Positions 26,467 through 36,887 of a stretch of DNA of 64,000 bases are shown piece by piece. The notes below the pieces were generated by a model that was not told where the DNA came from, made no database searches, and saw only the letters and a program-made list of their open reading frames with translations. Numbering within the stretch: the stretch's first letter is position 1; the number at the start of each line of letters is the position of its first letter. Source of the stretch: Candidatus Omnitrophota bacterium (GTDB lineage Bacteria > Omnitrophota > Omnitrophia > Omnitrophales > Aquincolibacteriaceae); NCBI GenBank assembly GCA_023247035.1, contig JAHFHG010000001.1:2021-66020 (forward strand), written 5' to 3'. Position numbers and translations under genes: made by a program.

Positions 26467-27789
26467 TTATTCTTGAATCTTAAACGAGCTTTTAATATCT
26501 TTTTTAACCGCGGTCTTCACCTCGGTGGTAGCGCTCATGCAATCAAAATAATCTGCGAAATCTCTTTTTGCGTTCGAAACGCCCGCCAGGGAAATCGCAA
26601 GCAGGGGAAATCGGATCATGATTTCCTCGCCGGTTTCCGTTAACCGCCGGCGGTCCAGGTGGAGCGTATGGCCCCGCTCAAGGTCCTCTTTTTTATAGAG
26701 CGTACGGACCACTTCTTCGTCGAATTGTCTGCAAAGCATTTCCCCCAGCGCCGCGGCCTGCTGCGGACGCGTTATAAGGATGAAGTCATCTCCTCCCTGA
26801 TGTCCTATGAAATCGTCGGCGGCGCCTTTGGCCCGGACCATTTTCTTGATAAGTTCAGCCGTCCTTTTAATGGCCTCGTCTCCTTTAGCAAGGCCGAAAT
26901 GGTCGTTGAAGACCTTAAACCTGTCCAAATCCGCGTGGAAGAGGACGAATTTCTGGTGCTCATAGATCCTTTTCTGAACCTCACGGAAAATTCCCTGGTT
27001 TCCGGGAAGCCCCGTCAGCGGATTGGCATCTTCAGCGTGTTTTCTGATGGTCTGAAGAGTTTCGCTCATCCGGTTAAACGTATGCGCCAGCAGCTCGATC
27101 TCATCCCCGGTTTTGATCCCGACATGTTGCCCTAAATTTCCTTTCATGATTTCTTGAGTCGCTTTGTTGAGAGCCTGGATGGGTTTGACAATCGATTGGG
27201 CAAGTCCATGCCCGATCGCGATTCCCGTCAACAAGATAAAAAAAAGCATGACCAGAAGAGAGCGGCGGGACCGGACCAGCGCGTCTTTAATGCCCGCCAG
27301 GGAGAATGTAACGCGCGCCACGAGAATGAGATGGGGGTCTGTTTGCAGGGGAATGTAAGCGGTTAATCTTTTATTTTTTCGGTCGACCACCTTCCAATAA
27401 GATGCCCCGGATTGCGCTCTTTGGCGAAGACTTCTTTCGATAGGCTCTTCGGAAGGAAGAAACGAATCAGAGTTTTTGTCTAAAATTGGATTTTTTTCAA
27501 TGGCGTTGAAGATTTCAATATCCAAAACCCCGTAAGCGCTTTTCATGTCCTCGATTTTTCGCTTCAGGGTTAAAAGGTCGGAAGGAAGCCCTTCTTTAAA
27601 TTCCTGCTCCAGGATTCCCTGAATACGCTCAAAGGCCCATTGACTTTCAATGCGGTGGAGCTCGTTTAACGTGTTGATCTGGTTTGTAAGCTGGAGGGCC
27701 GTAATGGTGCTCCCAAGAATAAAAAGGGGAAAACAAAGCCTTAACATGATCCTCATGAAGAGGGATATTTTAGGCGTGTATTTTTTCAT
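26467..27789 (-). CDS. Membrane sensor diguanylate cyclase (HAMP + GGDEF domain with a GGDDF variant motif)
   Basis: GGDEF domain core NPLTGLPGNQ...DLDRFKVFNDHFGLAKGDEAIK...HQGGDDF. One N-terminal TM segment and a HAMP-like linker. Confidence 0.8.
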   Translation of the reverse strand: MKKYTPKISLFMRIMLRLCFPLFILGSTITALQLTNQINTLNELHRIESQWAFERIQGILEQEFKEGLPSDLLTLKRKIEDMKSAYGVLDIEIFNAIEKNPILDKNSDSFLPSEEPIERSLRQRAQSGASYWKVVDRKNKRLTAYIPLQTDPHLILVARVTFSLAGIKDALVRSRRSLLVMLFFILLTGIAIGHGLAQSIVKPIQALNKATQEIMKGNLGQHVGIKTGDEIELLAHTFNRMSETLQTIRKHAEDANPLTGLPGNQGIFREVQKRIYEHQKFVLFHADLDRFKVFNDHFGLAKGDEAIKRTAELIKKMVRAKGAADDFIGHQGGDDFILITRPQQAAALGEMLCRQFDEEVVRTLYKKEDLERGHTLHLDRRRLTETGEEIMIRFPLLAISLAGVSNAKRDFADYFDCMSATTEVKTAVKKDIKSSFKIQE

Positions 27790-27887
27790 AACTCATTTAA
27801 ATATAAATAGTTCATTGACGTCTCGCACAACTTTTTTAAGGCCAGCGTTTCATAAAAAGAATATATCATTTATGATCATTTGACAAT

Positions 27888-29852
27888 ATGTTCTATCATA
27901 AGTTATCTTCTTATTGTAAAAACATCTTTTTAAAAACTATTAAAAATTCAAGGAAGAGCAATTTGAAGCATCTTCGGCGACTTTTTATTTTTGCCGCTAT
28001 TTTGTGCCTGCCCGTCGTTTTCTTTTCGCTCTATACCCATTTTCTTTTGGATTATTCATTAGACAGCCTTGAGTTTGCGCTCCAGATGACGCACAGAAAA
28101 CCTGAAGAGGTATCGACGCTCGGCCGCAAAGTTTATCATTCGGTCGTCAAGGATCTGATCCTTGAAGAGGCCTTCGCGGAAAATGTGAATTATGAAAATT
28201 TGGCGCTGCTTGAATTGACGGCGAGATCTTTCAATGAGTCCCTGGGGCGCCAGGGTTATAAAAACGCGGAACTTTATCTGAATGAGATTGTAAAAAATAA
28301 GTTGCCCGGCCGTCACCCGATCCTGCGCTTCCTGGATTTTCTGTACCTGCGTTTTTTAGATCTCCACCGTTCCTTTTCCTCATTTATGGAATATCAAAAC
28401 GCGCGCAAAGCCGCTAAGAAACAAGCGGCAAGCCCGGCGCTTGAGTATTCAGGAAGCCTTCTTTTAACTCAGGCCCAGGCGAGCGAAGAAAAAAAAGATT
28501 TGGCCAAGGCCCTGGAACTCTACAGAGAATATTTAAAGTTTTATCCTAAAAGCCCGGACCGCGGTTTTGTGCAAGTTTCCATAAGCCAAATCCTGATTCA
28601 GCAGAAAAGATTTTACGAGGCCGAGAACTTGCTTGAGGATGTCCAAAACAATTTTAAGGGGCAGCATGAGGCTGAGATTTCACAGCGCCTTTTGAGAAAA
28701 ATCGAGATCCTCAGGAAGCGGCAAAAATGGGCCAAAGAATTGGAGCGCCTCCTCCTCAAACCGGAATCCCGCAACGATCTCGAAAGCGAATTTTTAGACC
28801 TCAAACTGAAGCTGGGCATTTCCTATTTTTCTCTTTATGAATTCGAACGCTCCAAAGAGATCTTCGAGGCCTTGAGCAAAAGCCGTGAGGCCCGGATCAG
28901 GCAGAAAGCTCAATTTTATCTTGCGTGGCTCTACAAACAGAATGCCGATTTTAATCAAGGCGAAAAAGTCATCCTCGGCCTCCTGAAGGATCCGCTCCTG
29001 GATGAGCAAATGAATTTGGGGCTCCACGCCGGACTTGCAGATATTTATTATCAGCAGAAGGATATCCCCAAAGCCCTTGCGCAATATGAAGATCTCTCCC
29101 AAAAGATTCAAAAGAAAAGTTTAAATCACAGGGCCATTTATGAAGCCTGGGCTGCGCTGGCAGAATTGGAGCAGGCCATGATTTATTTTTATGATTTTTC
29201 GAGCTTGGAGGAAACCCAGAAGCATCTCAATCTCGCAAAACTGTTTACCTTCGCCCTTTCGGATTTTGATTTCGAGACGATGTTAAAGACCCATGAAAAT
29301 ATGAGTCTCCGGGATTACGCTTTTTCTCTCTTGTTTCAAAGAAAAGTGACCCTTGCCTTCGAAGTATTTAAAAAACACCTGGAGCGTCATCCCGAAGATG
29401 CCTGGGCGCATTCGGGCATTGCAACCGTTCATATGTTGATGGGGGATATGAATGAGGCCCGGCGTTCCGCGCAGAAGGGGTACAAACTCAAAGGCGACGA
29501 ATATACCGCTTCCGTGCTTGCCTACCTTTACAGTTTGCGCCAGAAAGATAAAACGGCGCTCATTCTTTATACGAAAGCCGTCCGCTGGAATCCCGAATAC
29601 CTCATTGCGCGATTTAACCTCGGCTGCGTTTATCTCAAATTAGAAAGATTCGAAACAGCGATTCAAGCGTTTGAGAAAATAGACCGTGCGCTGCCCCTGC
29701 ATCGTTATATGCGCGCAAAAGTATTCAACAATATGGGCTACGCGTACTGGGGCTTGGGCCGTCAGGACAAGGCCGTGGAAAAGTTTAAGGAAGCCCTGGC
29801 CTTGAGCGCGAAATCCCAAACCGCGAAAGACAATTTGGAGCAGCTTCAATGA
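27888..29852 (+). CDS. Membrane-anchored TPR-repeat protein (PrsT-like, first gene of polysaccharide export module 1)
   Basis: 654 aa with an N-terminal TM segment and multiple TPR-like helical repeats (AxxYxxxG patterns). Confidence 0.65.
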   Translation: MFYHKLSSYCKNIFLKTIKNSRKSNLKHLRRLFIFAAILCLPVVFFSLYTHFLLDYSLDSLEFALQMTHRKPEEVSTLGRKVYHSVVKDLILEEAFAENVNYENLALLELTARSFNESLGRQGYKNAELYLNEIVKNKLPGRHPILRFLDFLYLRFLDLHRSFSSFMEYQNARKAAKKQAASPALEYSGSLLLTQAQASEEKKDLAKALELYREYLKFYPKSPDRGFVQVSISQILIQQKRFYEAENLLEDVQNNFKGQHEAEISQRLLRKIEILRKRQKWAKELERLLLKPESRNDLESEFLDLKLKLGISYFSLYEFERSKEIFEALSKSREARIRQKAQFYLAWLYKQNADFNQGEKVILGLLKDPLLDEQMNLGLHAGLADIYYQQKDIPKALAQYEDLSQKIQKKSLNHRAIYEAWAALAELEQAMIYFYDFSSLEETQKHLNLAKLFTFALSDFDFETMLKTHENMSLRDYAFSLLFQRKVTLAFEVFKKHLERHPEDAWAHSGIATVHMLMGDMNEARRSAQKGYKLKGDEYTASVLAYLYSLRQKDKTALILYTKAVRWNPEYLIARFNLGCVYLKLERFETAIQAFEKIDRALPLHRYMRAKVFNNMGYAYWGLGRQDKAVEKFKEALALSAKSQTAKDNLEQLQ

Positions 29853-31321
29853 ACTCGATAGGCGAAACAGCGCGGGAGCGGCGGGCCGTGAGATTCTCTA
29901 AAGGAATCAGGATCCTCTCGAAGGCCGCGGCGGCCGGCCTGATCCTTTTTGTCACCGCGCCCAAGCCGGCCGAAGCCATTGTCGGAAAGGCCGAAGAATA
30001 TGATCCTTTCGAGCAAGAAGCCCTGGAAGAATTTCAAAGGTCTCTGACTCTGGAAGACCGCGGCCGGGATAAGGTCCAGGAATCTCTTGAGGCCTTGGAG
30101 AAAAAACAAAAGGAGATCAAGACGGCCGCCAAAGGAAAGCGGAAGGATTCTATGGAAAAGGAAATTGAAAGCTTGAAACAGCAAATTTTAAAAATCCCCA
30201 AGCGTGACCGCCTTCTTTTTGAAATCAATGGACAGCATATTTATGAATCCAACGTTGAGCGCCGTACCCCCCACTACGAGAAAGGGGACTCTATTTTTGA
30301 TCTCAGGCCGACGGCGATTGTGGATCTTTCCGGAAAGAAGACGGACCTGCGCCTGGAGCTGGCGGGAGGCAAGCAGTGGAACATCAAATTTCCGGTCAAA
30401 GATTTTTGGGAAGGTTCGGAGAGGATACGCTACCGCAGAAGGTATTTCAAAAAGGTCCACCAGGCGATCAATTCCAAGATTGCGCGCCACAGCAGCAAAA
30501 CGGTTGAAGTCAATCAGACCCGCGTCCGGTGGGACTCGGACCAAGTCCATACGGTCAATCTTGCGCTTTCGAAGAAGTTCTCCATCAATAATGACACAAG
30601 CCTGTTGCACCGGCAGTTTACGCACGAAAATTTTGATCAGGATTCCAACTGGCAATTTACGGAAGCCCCCAGCCTCTTTTTCCACCTCACGCCGAAGAGC
30701 CGGATTTCGGCGGGCTATTCTTTTGGCGCAAGCCGTATCCGCAGCAAGGCAGGAGACGCCAACGCGCACGAGGTGCACCTGGGCTATTTCGGAGCGGTGA
30801 CCCGGAAATCCTCGGTCAGCTTTGATGCGGCCTTTTCTCACCAGACACCCCGGTCCCGGGAAACCAGCAGGACAAACACTTATAAAACCGGCGTCGGGTA
30901 TATTTGGCAAATGACCCCGAAGAGCCAAATGGTGGTCCAGCTTATTCGTTCCCTGCAGGATTCGACCTCCGAGACCGTAAGCAGCACGGCTTCCACAAAT
31001 AGCGCGCCCCAGGCCGAGAAAACAGATACTCACTTTATCAATGAGAGCCTTTCCATTTCTTTGAATTCCCGTTTGACGAAAAAATTCACGACTATTTTTA
31101 CAGTCAACGGCGCCCATTTTAAGAGCAAGGTCCAAAAGGGCGGGGACAAGAGCAGTGAAAGCCAGCAGTGGAGTTTGCCCATTACCTTGACGCTCATTTA
31201 CTACCTGCGCCAATGGATGACGCTCACGGCAGACTATACCTTTTCTTACCGGAGAGGCGATGCCAAAGCGGATGAATATCGAGACCATATTCTCAAATCA
31301 TCCCTGCGGATGATTTTTTAA
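29849..31321 (+). CDS. Predicted outer-membrane beta-barrel protein of the polysaccharide export module
   Basis: Signal peptide ending AEA, a coiled-coil N-terminus, and alternating amphipathic beta-strand pattern. The C-terminal ...SLRMIF ends in an aromatic residue. 4-nt overlap with the TPR gene. Confidence 0.5.
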   Translation: MNSIGETARERRAVRFSKGIRILSKAAAAGLILFVTAPKPAEAIVGKAEEYDPFEQEALEEFQRSLTLEDRGRDKVQESLEALEKKQKEIKTAAKGKRKDSMEKEIESLKQQILKIPKRDRLLFEINGQHIYESNVERRTPHYEKGDSIFDLRPTAIVDLSGKKTDLRLELAGGKQWNIKFPVKDFWEGSERIRYRRRYFKKVHQAINSKIARHSSKTVEVNQTRVRWDSDQVHTVNLALSKKFSINNDTSLLHRQFTHENFDQDSNWQFTEAPSLFFHLTPKSRISAGYSFGASRIRSKAGDANAHEVHLGYFGAVTRKSSVSFDAAFSHQTPRSRETSRTNTYKTGVGYIWQMTPKSQMVVQLIRSLQDSTSETVSSTASTNSAPQAEKTDTHFINESLSISLNSRLTKKFTTIFTVNGAHFKSKVQKGGDKSSESQQWSLPITLTLIYYLRQWMTLTADYTFSYRRGDAKADEYRDHILKSSLRMIF

Positions 31322-31337
31322 AAAGGAGGTTTTTGCG

Positions 31338-31979
31338 ATGAAACGAGCGGAATATTTTTTGGGGGGACTCCTCTTCATGTGCCTCATGAGGAATCCGGCG
31401 TTGTTTGCCGGGCCGCAATCGGCGGACGCATCCCTTTTGGCAAGTAAAAAGGAGGTGGAAAAAGCCTACGTGCTGGAGGCCGGGGACCGGATTCGCGTTA
31501 AAATTTATCCCGACGATCCGTTTATCAGGGGCGGGGATATGCAGATCAGCTCCGACGGAAACATTACGCTTTCTCTTCTCGGCAAAGTTCATGTCGAAGG
31601 AAAGCCCGTGAATGAAGTCGAGAGATTACTCTCGGAGAAAATTGATCAGGATTACATTGTCAGCCCCGAGGTGGTGATTGAAGTTTTGCAATTTAGAGAA
31701 AAAAGTGTCGTGCTCCTGGGGGAAGTGCGAAAACCCGGGACCTATCCGTTTCCGCAAGGCGCGACCCAAATGACTTTGCTCGAAGCCGTTTCGCTGGCCG
31801 GCGGATTTTCGGATATTGCGAATATTAAAAAAGTTAAAATCATCCGAAAGCGCGCCGAAGGGACGGGGGAAGTGAAGGAAATCCTCCACGCCAATGCGGA
31901 AGCGATCATTAGCGGTGAACAAGAGGACGTGCCTCTTGAGTCCGGAGACGTCGTTCACGTTTCCGAAAGCCTGTTTTAA
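31338..31979 (+). CDS. Polysaccharide export protein, Wza/EpsE-like (short form)
   Basis: Signal peptide and Poly_export/SLBB motifs (GDRIRVKIYPDD, ISSDGNITLSLLGKVHVEGK, GDVVHV). Confidence 0.8.
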   Translation: MKRAEYFLGGLLFMCLMRNPALFAGPQSADASLLASKKEVEKAYVLEAGDRIRVKIYPDDPFIRGGDMQISSDGNITLSLLGKVHVEGKPVNEVERLLSEKIDQDYIVSPEVVIEVLQFREKSVVLLGEVRKPGTYPFPQGATQMTLLEAVSLAGGFSDIANIKKVKIIRKRAEGTGEVKEILHANAEAIISGEQEDVPLESGDVVHVSESLF

Positions 31980-32052
31980 CGGAGGTTCCATAAAAGAATC
32001 GTGGAAAGAAAACAGAACCTTGCCGATACATTCTTAAATTGAGTTTCAGCTT

Positions 32053-33858
32053 ATGAAAGACGAACGTGTCATAGCCAGCTACGGTTACGTTGAAGACGTC
32101 GAAAAACCGATCGACTACAAATATTACTTCTTCCTCTTCAAAAAGAACTTCTACATTGTTTTTACCTTTTTTATTATTTGCGTGACGCTTGCGGGAATGT
32201 ATGTCTCCAAACTCCCCACGCAGTACCAAGCGATCACTCAAGTGCTTATCGAAAGGCCGCCGGCTCCTTGGAAAGAGGACTCGCCCTCAGGCCCTGAGTC
32301 GGCTGCGGGAAGCTGGCCCTTGGATTATTACAGCACCCAAATGGAGATTATGCGCAGCCCGGCCGTTTTAAGGCAGGTGGAAGAAGAACTGCAGCTTTCC
32401 AATTACTTTGGAGTGGACAATCCGGATTTAGCGGTGGTGAAAATTCGGGAGATGGTTTTCATCCAGCGTGTCGCAGAGAGCCGTCTTTTTAATATTTTTG
32501 CCAGATTTCCGGAAGCCCAAATGGCGGCCAAAGCCGCTAATGCCGTGGCGCGGGCCTATATCCGGAAGAATTTTGAAAACGCTCTTTATTATTCCAAGGA
32601 AATCCTGGGCTGGCTTCCTCAAAAAGGCCGGGAAGAAGAGATGGTTACCATTGAGGATCCCTTCGGAGGGATGAGGCAGATTTCCCGCCACGAACTTGTC
32701 GAAAGCCTTCCCTCGATCCGGACCGACCCCACGTTACGCAGCTTGAGAGAAAAGAAAAGCGCGCAAGAAGCGGAACTGGCCGCGCTTCTCAAACAATACC
32801 GCGAGAAACACCCTCTTCTTGTCAAGGCCCGCGCGAATCTGAAATTTCTTGAAGAAAGCATCGAAGCGGAAAAAATGAGGATTATCGAGGGCCTCAAAAC
32901 CCAGGCCGAGGGCCGCCACCAGGCCGGCTACGCCAGAATTATTGAAGAAGGCAAAATTCCCAAAGCGCCGCTGCCCGTCGACCGGGGAAGAATTATTTTC
33001 CTCGTCGGACTGGGCGATCTGCTGGTGAGTTTCATCCTGATTGTCCTGATTGATTACTTTGACGACACGATCCGAACGGTCGAGGATTTTGAGCGCAGGG
33101 GGCTGATTCTTCCGTTCTTAGGCCCGATTCCTTTGGTGAAGAAGAAAAATTGGGAAATCGATAAAGAAAACATTTCAGGTTATTACGGAAAGAATCCGGA
33201 CATTGCCGAAGCCTTCCGCTACCTGCGCGTGGCGATCAATTTTTCCGGCTCGCCGGAGGCTTTGAAAATCCTTGTCTTTTCAAGCTGTCTTCCGCACGAA
33301 GGCAAGAGTTTTACGTCTCACAATATTGCCATTTCCCTGGCCCTTGATGGAAACAGGACTCTCCTGATCGACGCGGATCTCCGCCGCCCTATTTTGCACC
33401 AGACCTTCCAGGTGGAAAATTCTTCAGGGCTTTCGAACTATCTTACAAGCAAGGTGGAGTTTCAGTCTGTGATCAGGGAATCCTTCGTGGATAATTTGTT
33501 TCTTGTCGTCAGCGGGCCGATGTCTCCGAATCCCGGGGAAATTTTAGGCTCGGACCGGATGAAACAGTTCCTCGAAGAGGCCAGGGACAGCTTTGACCGT
33601 ATCATTATTGATTGCCCGCCCCTGACCGGGATCGGCGACGGCTACGTCGTCGGCAGTTTGATCGGCCAGCTGATTCTTGTTGTGGCTGCGGGCAAAACGC
33701 CTGCCGACCTTATTAAGCATACCCAAAAACAGCTCGAGAAAGCTCACGTGAAAGTGATGGGTTCGGTCCTGAATATGGTGGACCTTGAAAAAGAACGCTA
33801 CAGCGGCTACTCCAAACATTATTACAGTACCTACACCCGCTATTATAAGCAGGATTGA
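32053..33858 (+). CDS. Wzc/GumC-like polysaccharide co-polymerase fused to a BY-kinase P-loop ATPase domain
   Basis: Two TM segments flank a periplasmic coiled coil. The C-terminal CapB-like domain has a Walker A variant (SCLPHEGKSFTSHNIAISLA), LIDADLRRP, and a Walker B (IIIDCPP). Confidence 0.8.
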   Translation: MKDERVIASYGYVEDVEKPIDYKYYFFLFKKNFYIVFTFFIICVTLAGMYVSKLPTQYQAITQVLIERPPAPWKEDSPSGPESAAGSWPLDYYSTQMEIMRSPAVLRQVEEELQLSNYFGVDNPDLAVVKIREMVFIQRVAESRLFNIFARFPEAQMAAKAANAVARAYIRKNFENALYYSKEILGWLPQKGREEEMVTIEDPFGGMRQISRHELVESLPSIRTDPTLRSLREKKSAQEAELAALLKQYREKHPLLVKARANLKFLEESIEAEKMRIIEGLKTQAEGRHQAGYARIIEEGKIPKAPLPVDRGRIIFLVGLGDLLVSFILIVLIDYFDDTIRTVEDFERRGLILPFLGPIPLVKKKNWEIDKENISGYYGKNPDIAEAFRYLRVAINFSGSPEALKILVFSSCLPHEGKSFTSHNIAISLALDGNRTLLIDADLRRPILHQTFQVENSSGLSNYLTSKVEFQSVIRESFVDNLFLVVSGPMSPNPGEILGSDRMKQFLEEARDSFDRIIIDCPPLTGIGDGYVVGSLIGQLILVVAAGKTPADLIKHTQKQLEKAHVKVMGSVLNMVDLEKERYSGYSKHYYSTYTRYYKQD

Positions 33859-33934
33859 ATTTTTTTTTGAGCCTTCCCTAAGCCCTCCGTAACGGATAGT
33901 CCTTTTGGTCGCCCGCCCCGGCCTTACGGCTTTA

Positions 33935-33963
33935 TTGACATTGAAATTGAAAATGGGATAATG
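33935..33963 (+). promoter_or_regulatory. Sigma70-like promoter upstream of nifS (TTGACA-17-ATAATG)
   Basis: TTGACA at 33935-33940 and ATAATG at 33958-33963. Confidence 0.35.
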
Positions 33964-34052
33964 GATTCTCTTGTCCGGCTGGATTAGAACCTATAATCCT
34001 CGATAAATTCAAGATTTAAAAAACAGAAAGGGGCCTCTTTTTCTCATTTTCA

Positions 34053-35246
34053 ATGTCTCCCTATTATTTTGACTACAACGCAACAACACCGCTGGCTCCC
34101 GAGGTCTTAAGGGAAATGGAGCCTTATCTGACCCGGCATTTTGGGAATCCCTCCAGTTTTTATCAATTGGGCCGCGCCGCAAACCGCGCGCTCAGGCAAG
34201 CCCGGAAGCTCACGGCCTCTTTATTGGGCGCGGCTGACGACAACGAAATCATTTTCACAAGCGGCGGAACCGAGAGCAATAACACGGCCATCCGTTCGGC
34301 GCTTTCTATTTCCGGAAAAAAACAGATCCTCACGAGTGCGGTGGAACATTCCAGCGTGCGCAACGTGGCCGGGCAGCTTCGCAAAGAAGGTTATCAGATC
34401 ACGGAAATCGGCGTGGACGCCCAGGGCCGTCTAAATTTGGAACAGCTTCGGGAGGCTGTTTCTGATCAAACCGCTGTGATTTCTCTGATGATGGCCAATA
34501 ATGAAACGGGCGTTATTTTTCCCGTCGAAGAAGCCGGAAAGATCGCCAAAGAAAAGGGAATCTTTTTTCACGTCGACGCGGTCCAGGCCGCCGGAAAGAT
34601 TCCCCTTCATTTGAAGGACAGCGCGGTTGATTTCCTTTCCGTTTCCGCGCACAAGTTTTACGGCCCCAAAGGCGTCGGCGTCCTCTACGTCAAAAAGGGG
34701 ACCGGTTTTTCACCTTTGATTTCCGGAGGATCGCAGGAGCGCGGCAGGCGGGCCGGCACTGAAAATGTTCCGGGCATTGTGGGCCTTGGCGCTGCAAGCG
34801 AATGGATTCAAAAAGAACTGCGCGAAGAACCGGCGCGTTTGAAAAAATTGCAGGTTGAATTCGAAACCGCGATCCGCAGCCGGGTCTCGGGTGTCACGGT
34901 AAGCGGGGAACGGGCGGACCGGCTCCCCAACACAAGCCATTTGCGATGGGAAGGAATCGAAGCAGAAACCCTTCTGATTGCCCTGGATCAAAGGGAGATT
35001 TATGCTTCAAGCGGCTCGGCCTGTATGAGCGGCTCGCGCCGGCCTTCGCACGTTTTAAAAGCAATGGGCTGCACGGACGAGGCGGCGGCTTCTGCGGTCC
35101 GCTTTAGTTTTGGGAAATATACGACTGAGAAAGAGATTCAGTTTTTGGCCGAAGAATTAAGCCGTCTTGTGACTCACTTGAGATCAGGAAACGGAAAATC
35201 GCACGCCCACTTTTCCGAACGTTTCGCCAAAGAGGGCGTCCTTTAA
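34053..35246 (+). CDS. Cysteine desulfurase (NifS/IscS class V aminotransferase)
   Basis: PLP lysine motif SVSAHKFYGPKGVGVLY and the catalytic Cys loop (SSGSACMSG). Confidence 0.85.
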   Translation: MSPYYFDYNATTPLAPEVLREMEPYLTRHFGNPSSFYQLGRAANRALRQARKLTASLLGAADDNEIIFTSGGTESNNTAIRSALSISGKKQILTSAVEHSSVRNVAGQLRKEGYQITEIGVDAQGRLNLEQLREAVSDQTAVISLMMANNETGVIFPVEEAGKIAKEKGIFFHVDAVQAAGKIPLHLKDSAVDFLSVSAHKFYGPKGVGVLYVKKGTGFSPLISGGSQERGRRAGTENVPGIVGLGAASEWIQKELREEPARLKKLQVEFETAIRSRVSGVTVSGERADRLPNTSHLRWEGIEAETLLIALDQREIYASSGSACMSGSRRPSHVLKAMGCTDEAAASAVRFSFGKYTTEKEIQFLAEELSRLVTHLRSGNGKSHAHFSERFAKEGVL

Positions 35247-36281
35247 ATGTCCGCTCCCACCCAAGAGCAAATCCTCGGCATTCTCAAAACGGTCGAGGAT
35301 CCGGAACTCAAACGCGATATTGTTTCGCTCGGGATGGTCAAGGAGATCGTTATCCAGCCGCAGGATTTGTCCGTTCATTTGAATGGAGCCTCAACGCCGC
35401 CTGCCGTGATCGACGCGGTCAAGAATCAGATTGAAAAGAAACTTTCCGTCCTGGAAGGGATTAAAAATGTGAAAATTAATTTCAGCCGTCCGGCCCCGCA
35501 GACGGGATCTCCTCCTTTGGCAAGGCGGCAGTCTATTCCGGGGATCTGTGACGTGGTGGCCGTGGCAAGCGGTAAAGGCGGGGTCGGCAAGACGACGGTG
35601 GCTGTGAATCTTGCGCTGGCCTTTGCCAAGCACGGGTATACAGTCGGCTTGATGGACGGGGATATTTACGGCCCCAATGTTCCTCTGATGCTCGGCGTGT
35701 CTTCTGAGACGCGTCCGCAAGTCAACTCTCAGGAAAAATTGATCCCGATTGAAGCGCAGGGAATACGGATGATTTCAATGGGAGTTTTGGTTCCTCCGGA
35801 CCAGCCGATGGTCTGGCGGGGGCCGATGCTTCACAGCGCGGTGACGCAATTTTTACAAAAGGTCGATTGGGGGGAGCTTGATTTTTTGCTGGTGGACTTG
35901 CCGCCGGGCACGGGCGATGTCCAGCTTTCTTTGGTGCAAAGCGTCCCGCTTTCGGGATCTGTGATTGTGACGACTCCCCAAGAGGTCGCGCTCATGGACG
36001 TCCGCAAAGGAATCGCAATGTTCCGAAAAACGGAAGTGCCGATCCTGGGTATCATTGAAAACATGACCGGCGAGGTCTTCGGAAAAGGCGGCGGCCGGAA
36101 GGCGGCTCTTCAATATAAGGTCCCTTTCTTGGGCGAGATCCCGCTCGACAGCCGGATCCGCGAGGGCGGAGATAAGGGAACGCCGATTGTTTTATCCGTT
36201 CCGGACAGTCCGGCAGCCCGGGGTTTTATGAAAGCGGCCGAGGCGCTTGAGCAAGCGGTCGGCGCGGGAGTAAAAAAATAA
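35247..36281 (+). CDS. Fe-S cluster carrier ATPase Mrp/ApbC/NBP35 with N-terminal DUF59/MIP18 domain
   Basis: Deviant Walker A (VAVASGKGGVGKTTVAVNLALA). CxxC-containing motif absent or variant. Start abuts the nifS stop. Confidence 0.85.
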   Translation: MSAPTQEQILGILKTVEDPELKRDIVSLGMVKEIVIQPQDLSVHLNGASTPPAVIDAVKNQIEKKLSVLEGIKNVKINFSRPAPQTGSPPLARRQSIPGICDVVAVASGKGGVGKTTVAVNLALAFAKHGYTVGLMDGDIYGPNVPLMLGVSSETRPQVNSQEKLIPIEAQGIRMISMGVLVPPDQPMVWRGPMLHSAVTQFLQKVDWGELDFLLVDLPPGTGDVQLSLVQSVPLSGSVIVTTPQEVALMDVRKGIAMFRKTEVPILGIIENMTGEVFGKGGGRKAALQYKVPFLGEIPLDSRIREGGDKGTPIVLSVPDSPAARGFMKAAEALEQAVGAGVKK

Positions 36282-36887
36282 ATGGAACCTTCAGCGCATT
36301 CTGTGATTCCGGGCGCCAAATCTTCGGATACCCAGCAGATGGAGGCGATTGTCTACGATCTGTTAAAACTCCTGGGAGAAAATTCCGAACGGGAAGGGCT
36401 TCTGCGGACTCCCAAACGCGTGGCCGCTTCTTTGAAATATTTGACGCAAGGCTACCGGCAGGACATTCAAAAGATTTTGAATAACGCGATCTTTCAAGAA
36501 CCCTACAGCGAAATGGTGGTGGTCCGGGACATTGAAATATTTTCGCTTTGCGAACACCATCTCCTTCCTTTTTACGGCAAAGCGCACGTGGCTTATATCC
36601 CCAACGGCAGGATCATCGGCTTAAGCAAGATCCCGCGCGTGGTGGAGGTTTTCGCCAAACGCCTCCAGGTGCAGGAGAGGCTCACCATGCAGATTGCCAA
36701 TTGCCTGATGGATGCCCTTCGGCCGTGCGGCGTAGGCGTGGTGATCGAGGCCTTCCACCTTTGTATGGCGATGCGGGGCGTGGAAAAATCCAATGCCTTT
36801 ACGGTGACGAGCGCAATGCTGGGGAGTTTCCTGAATTCCGAAAGGGCCCGCGGGGAATTTTTGAGTTTGATCGGCAAGAAATATTAG
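36282..36887 (+). CDS. folE: GTP cyclohydrolase I (FolE)
   Basis: [18 protein letters not shown] active-site motif. 201 aa. Confidence 0.85.
   Translation: MEPSAHSVIPGAKSSDTQQMEAIVYDLLKLLGENSEREGLLRTPKRVAASLKYLTQGYRQDIQKILNNAIFQEPYSEMVVVRDIEIFSLCEHHLLPFYGKAHVAYIPNGRIIGLSKIPRVVEVFAKRLQVQERLTMQIANCLMDALRPCGVGVVIEAFHLCMAMRGVEKSNAFTVTSAMLGSFLNSERARGEFLSLIGKKY

Noticed and set aside
30188-31288. 366-aa antisense ORF spanning most of the beta-barrel gene
   Set aside because: The plus-strand product has a signal peptide, operon context (4-nt overlap with the TPR gene, 17 nt before wza) and a C-terminal aromatic residue. The antisense ORF is a GC-driven shadow with no signal or motifs.
33859-33930. 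Hairpin CCGTAACGG...CCTTACGG after wzc as a terminator
   Set aside because: The stem is short and imperfect with a long loop and a weak T-run. I could not support it as an intrinsic terminator.
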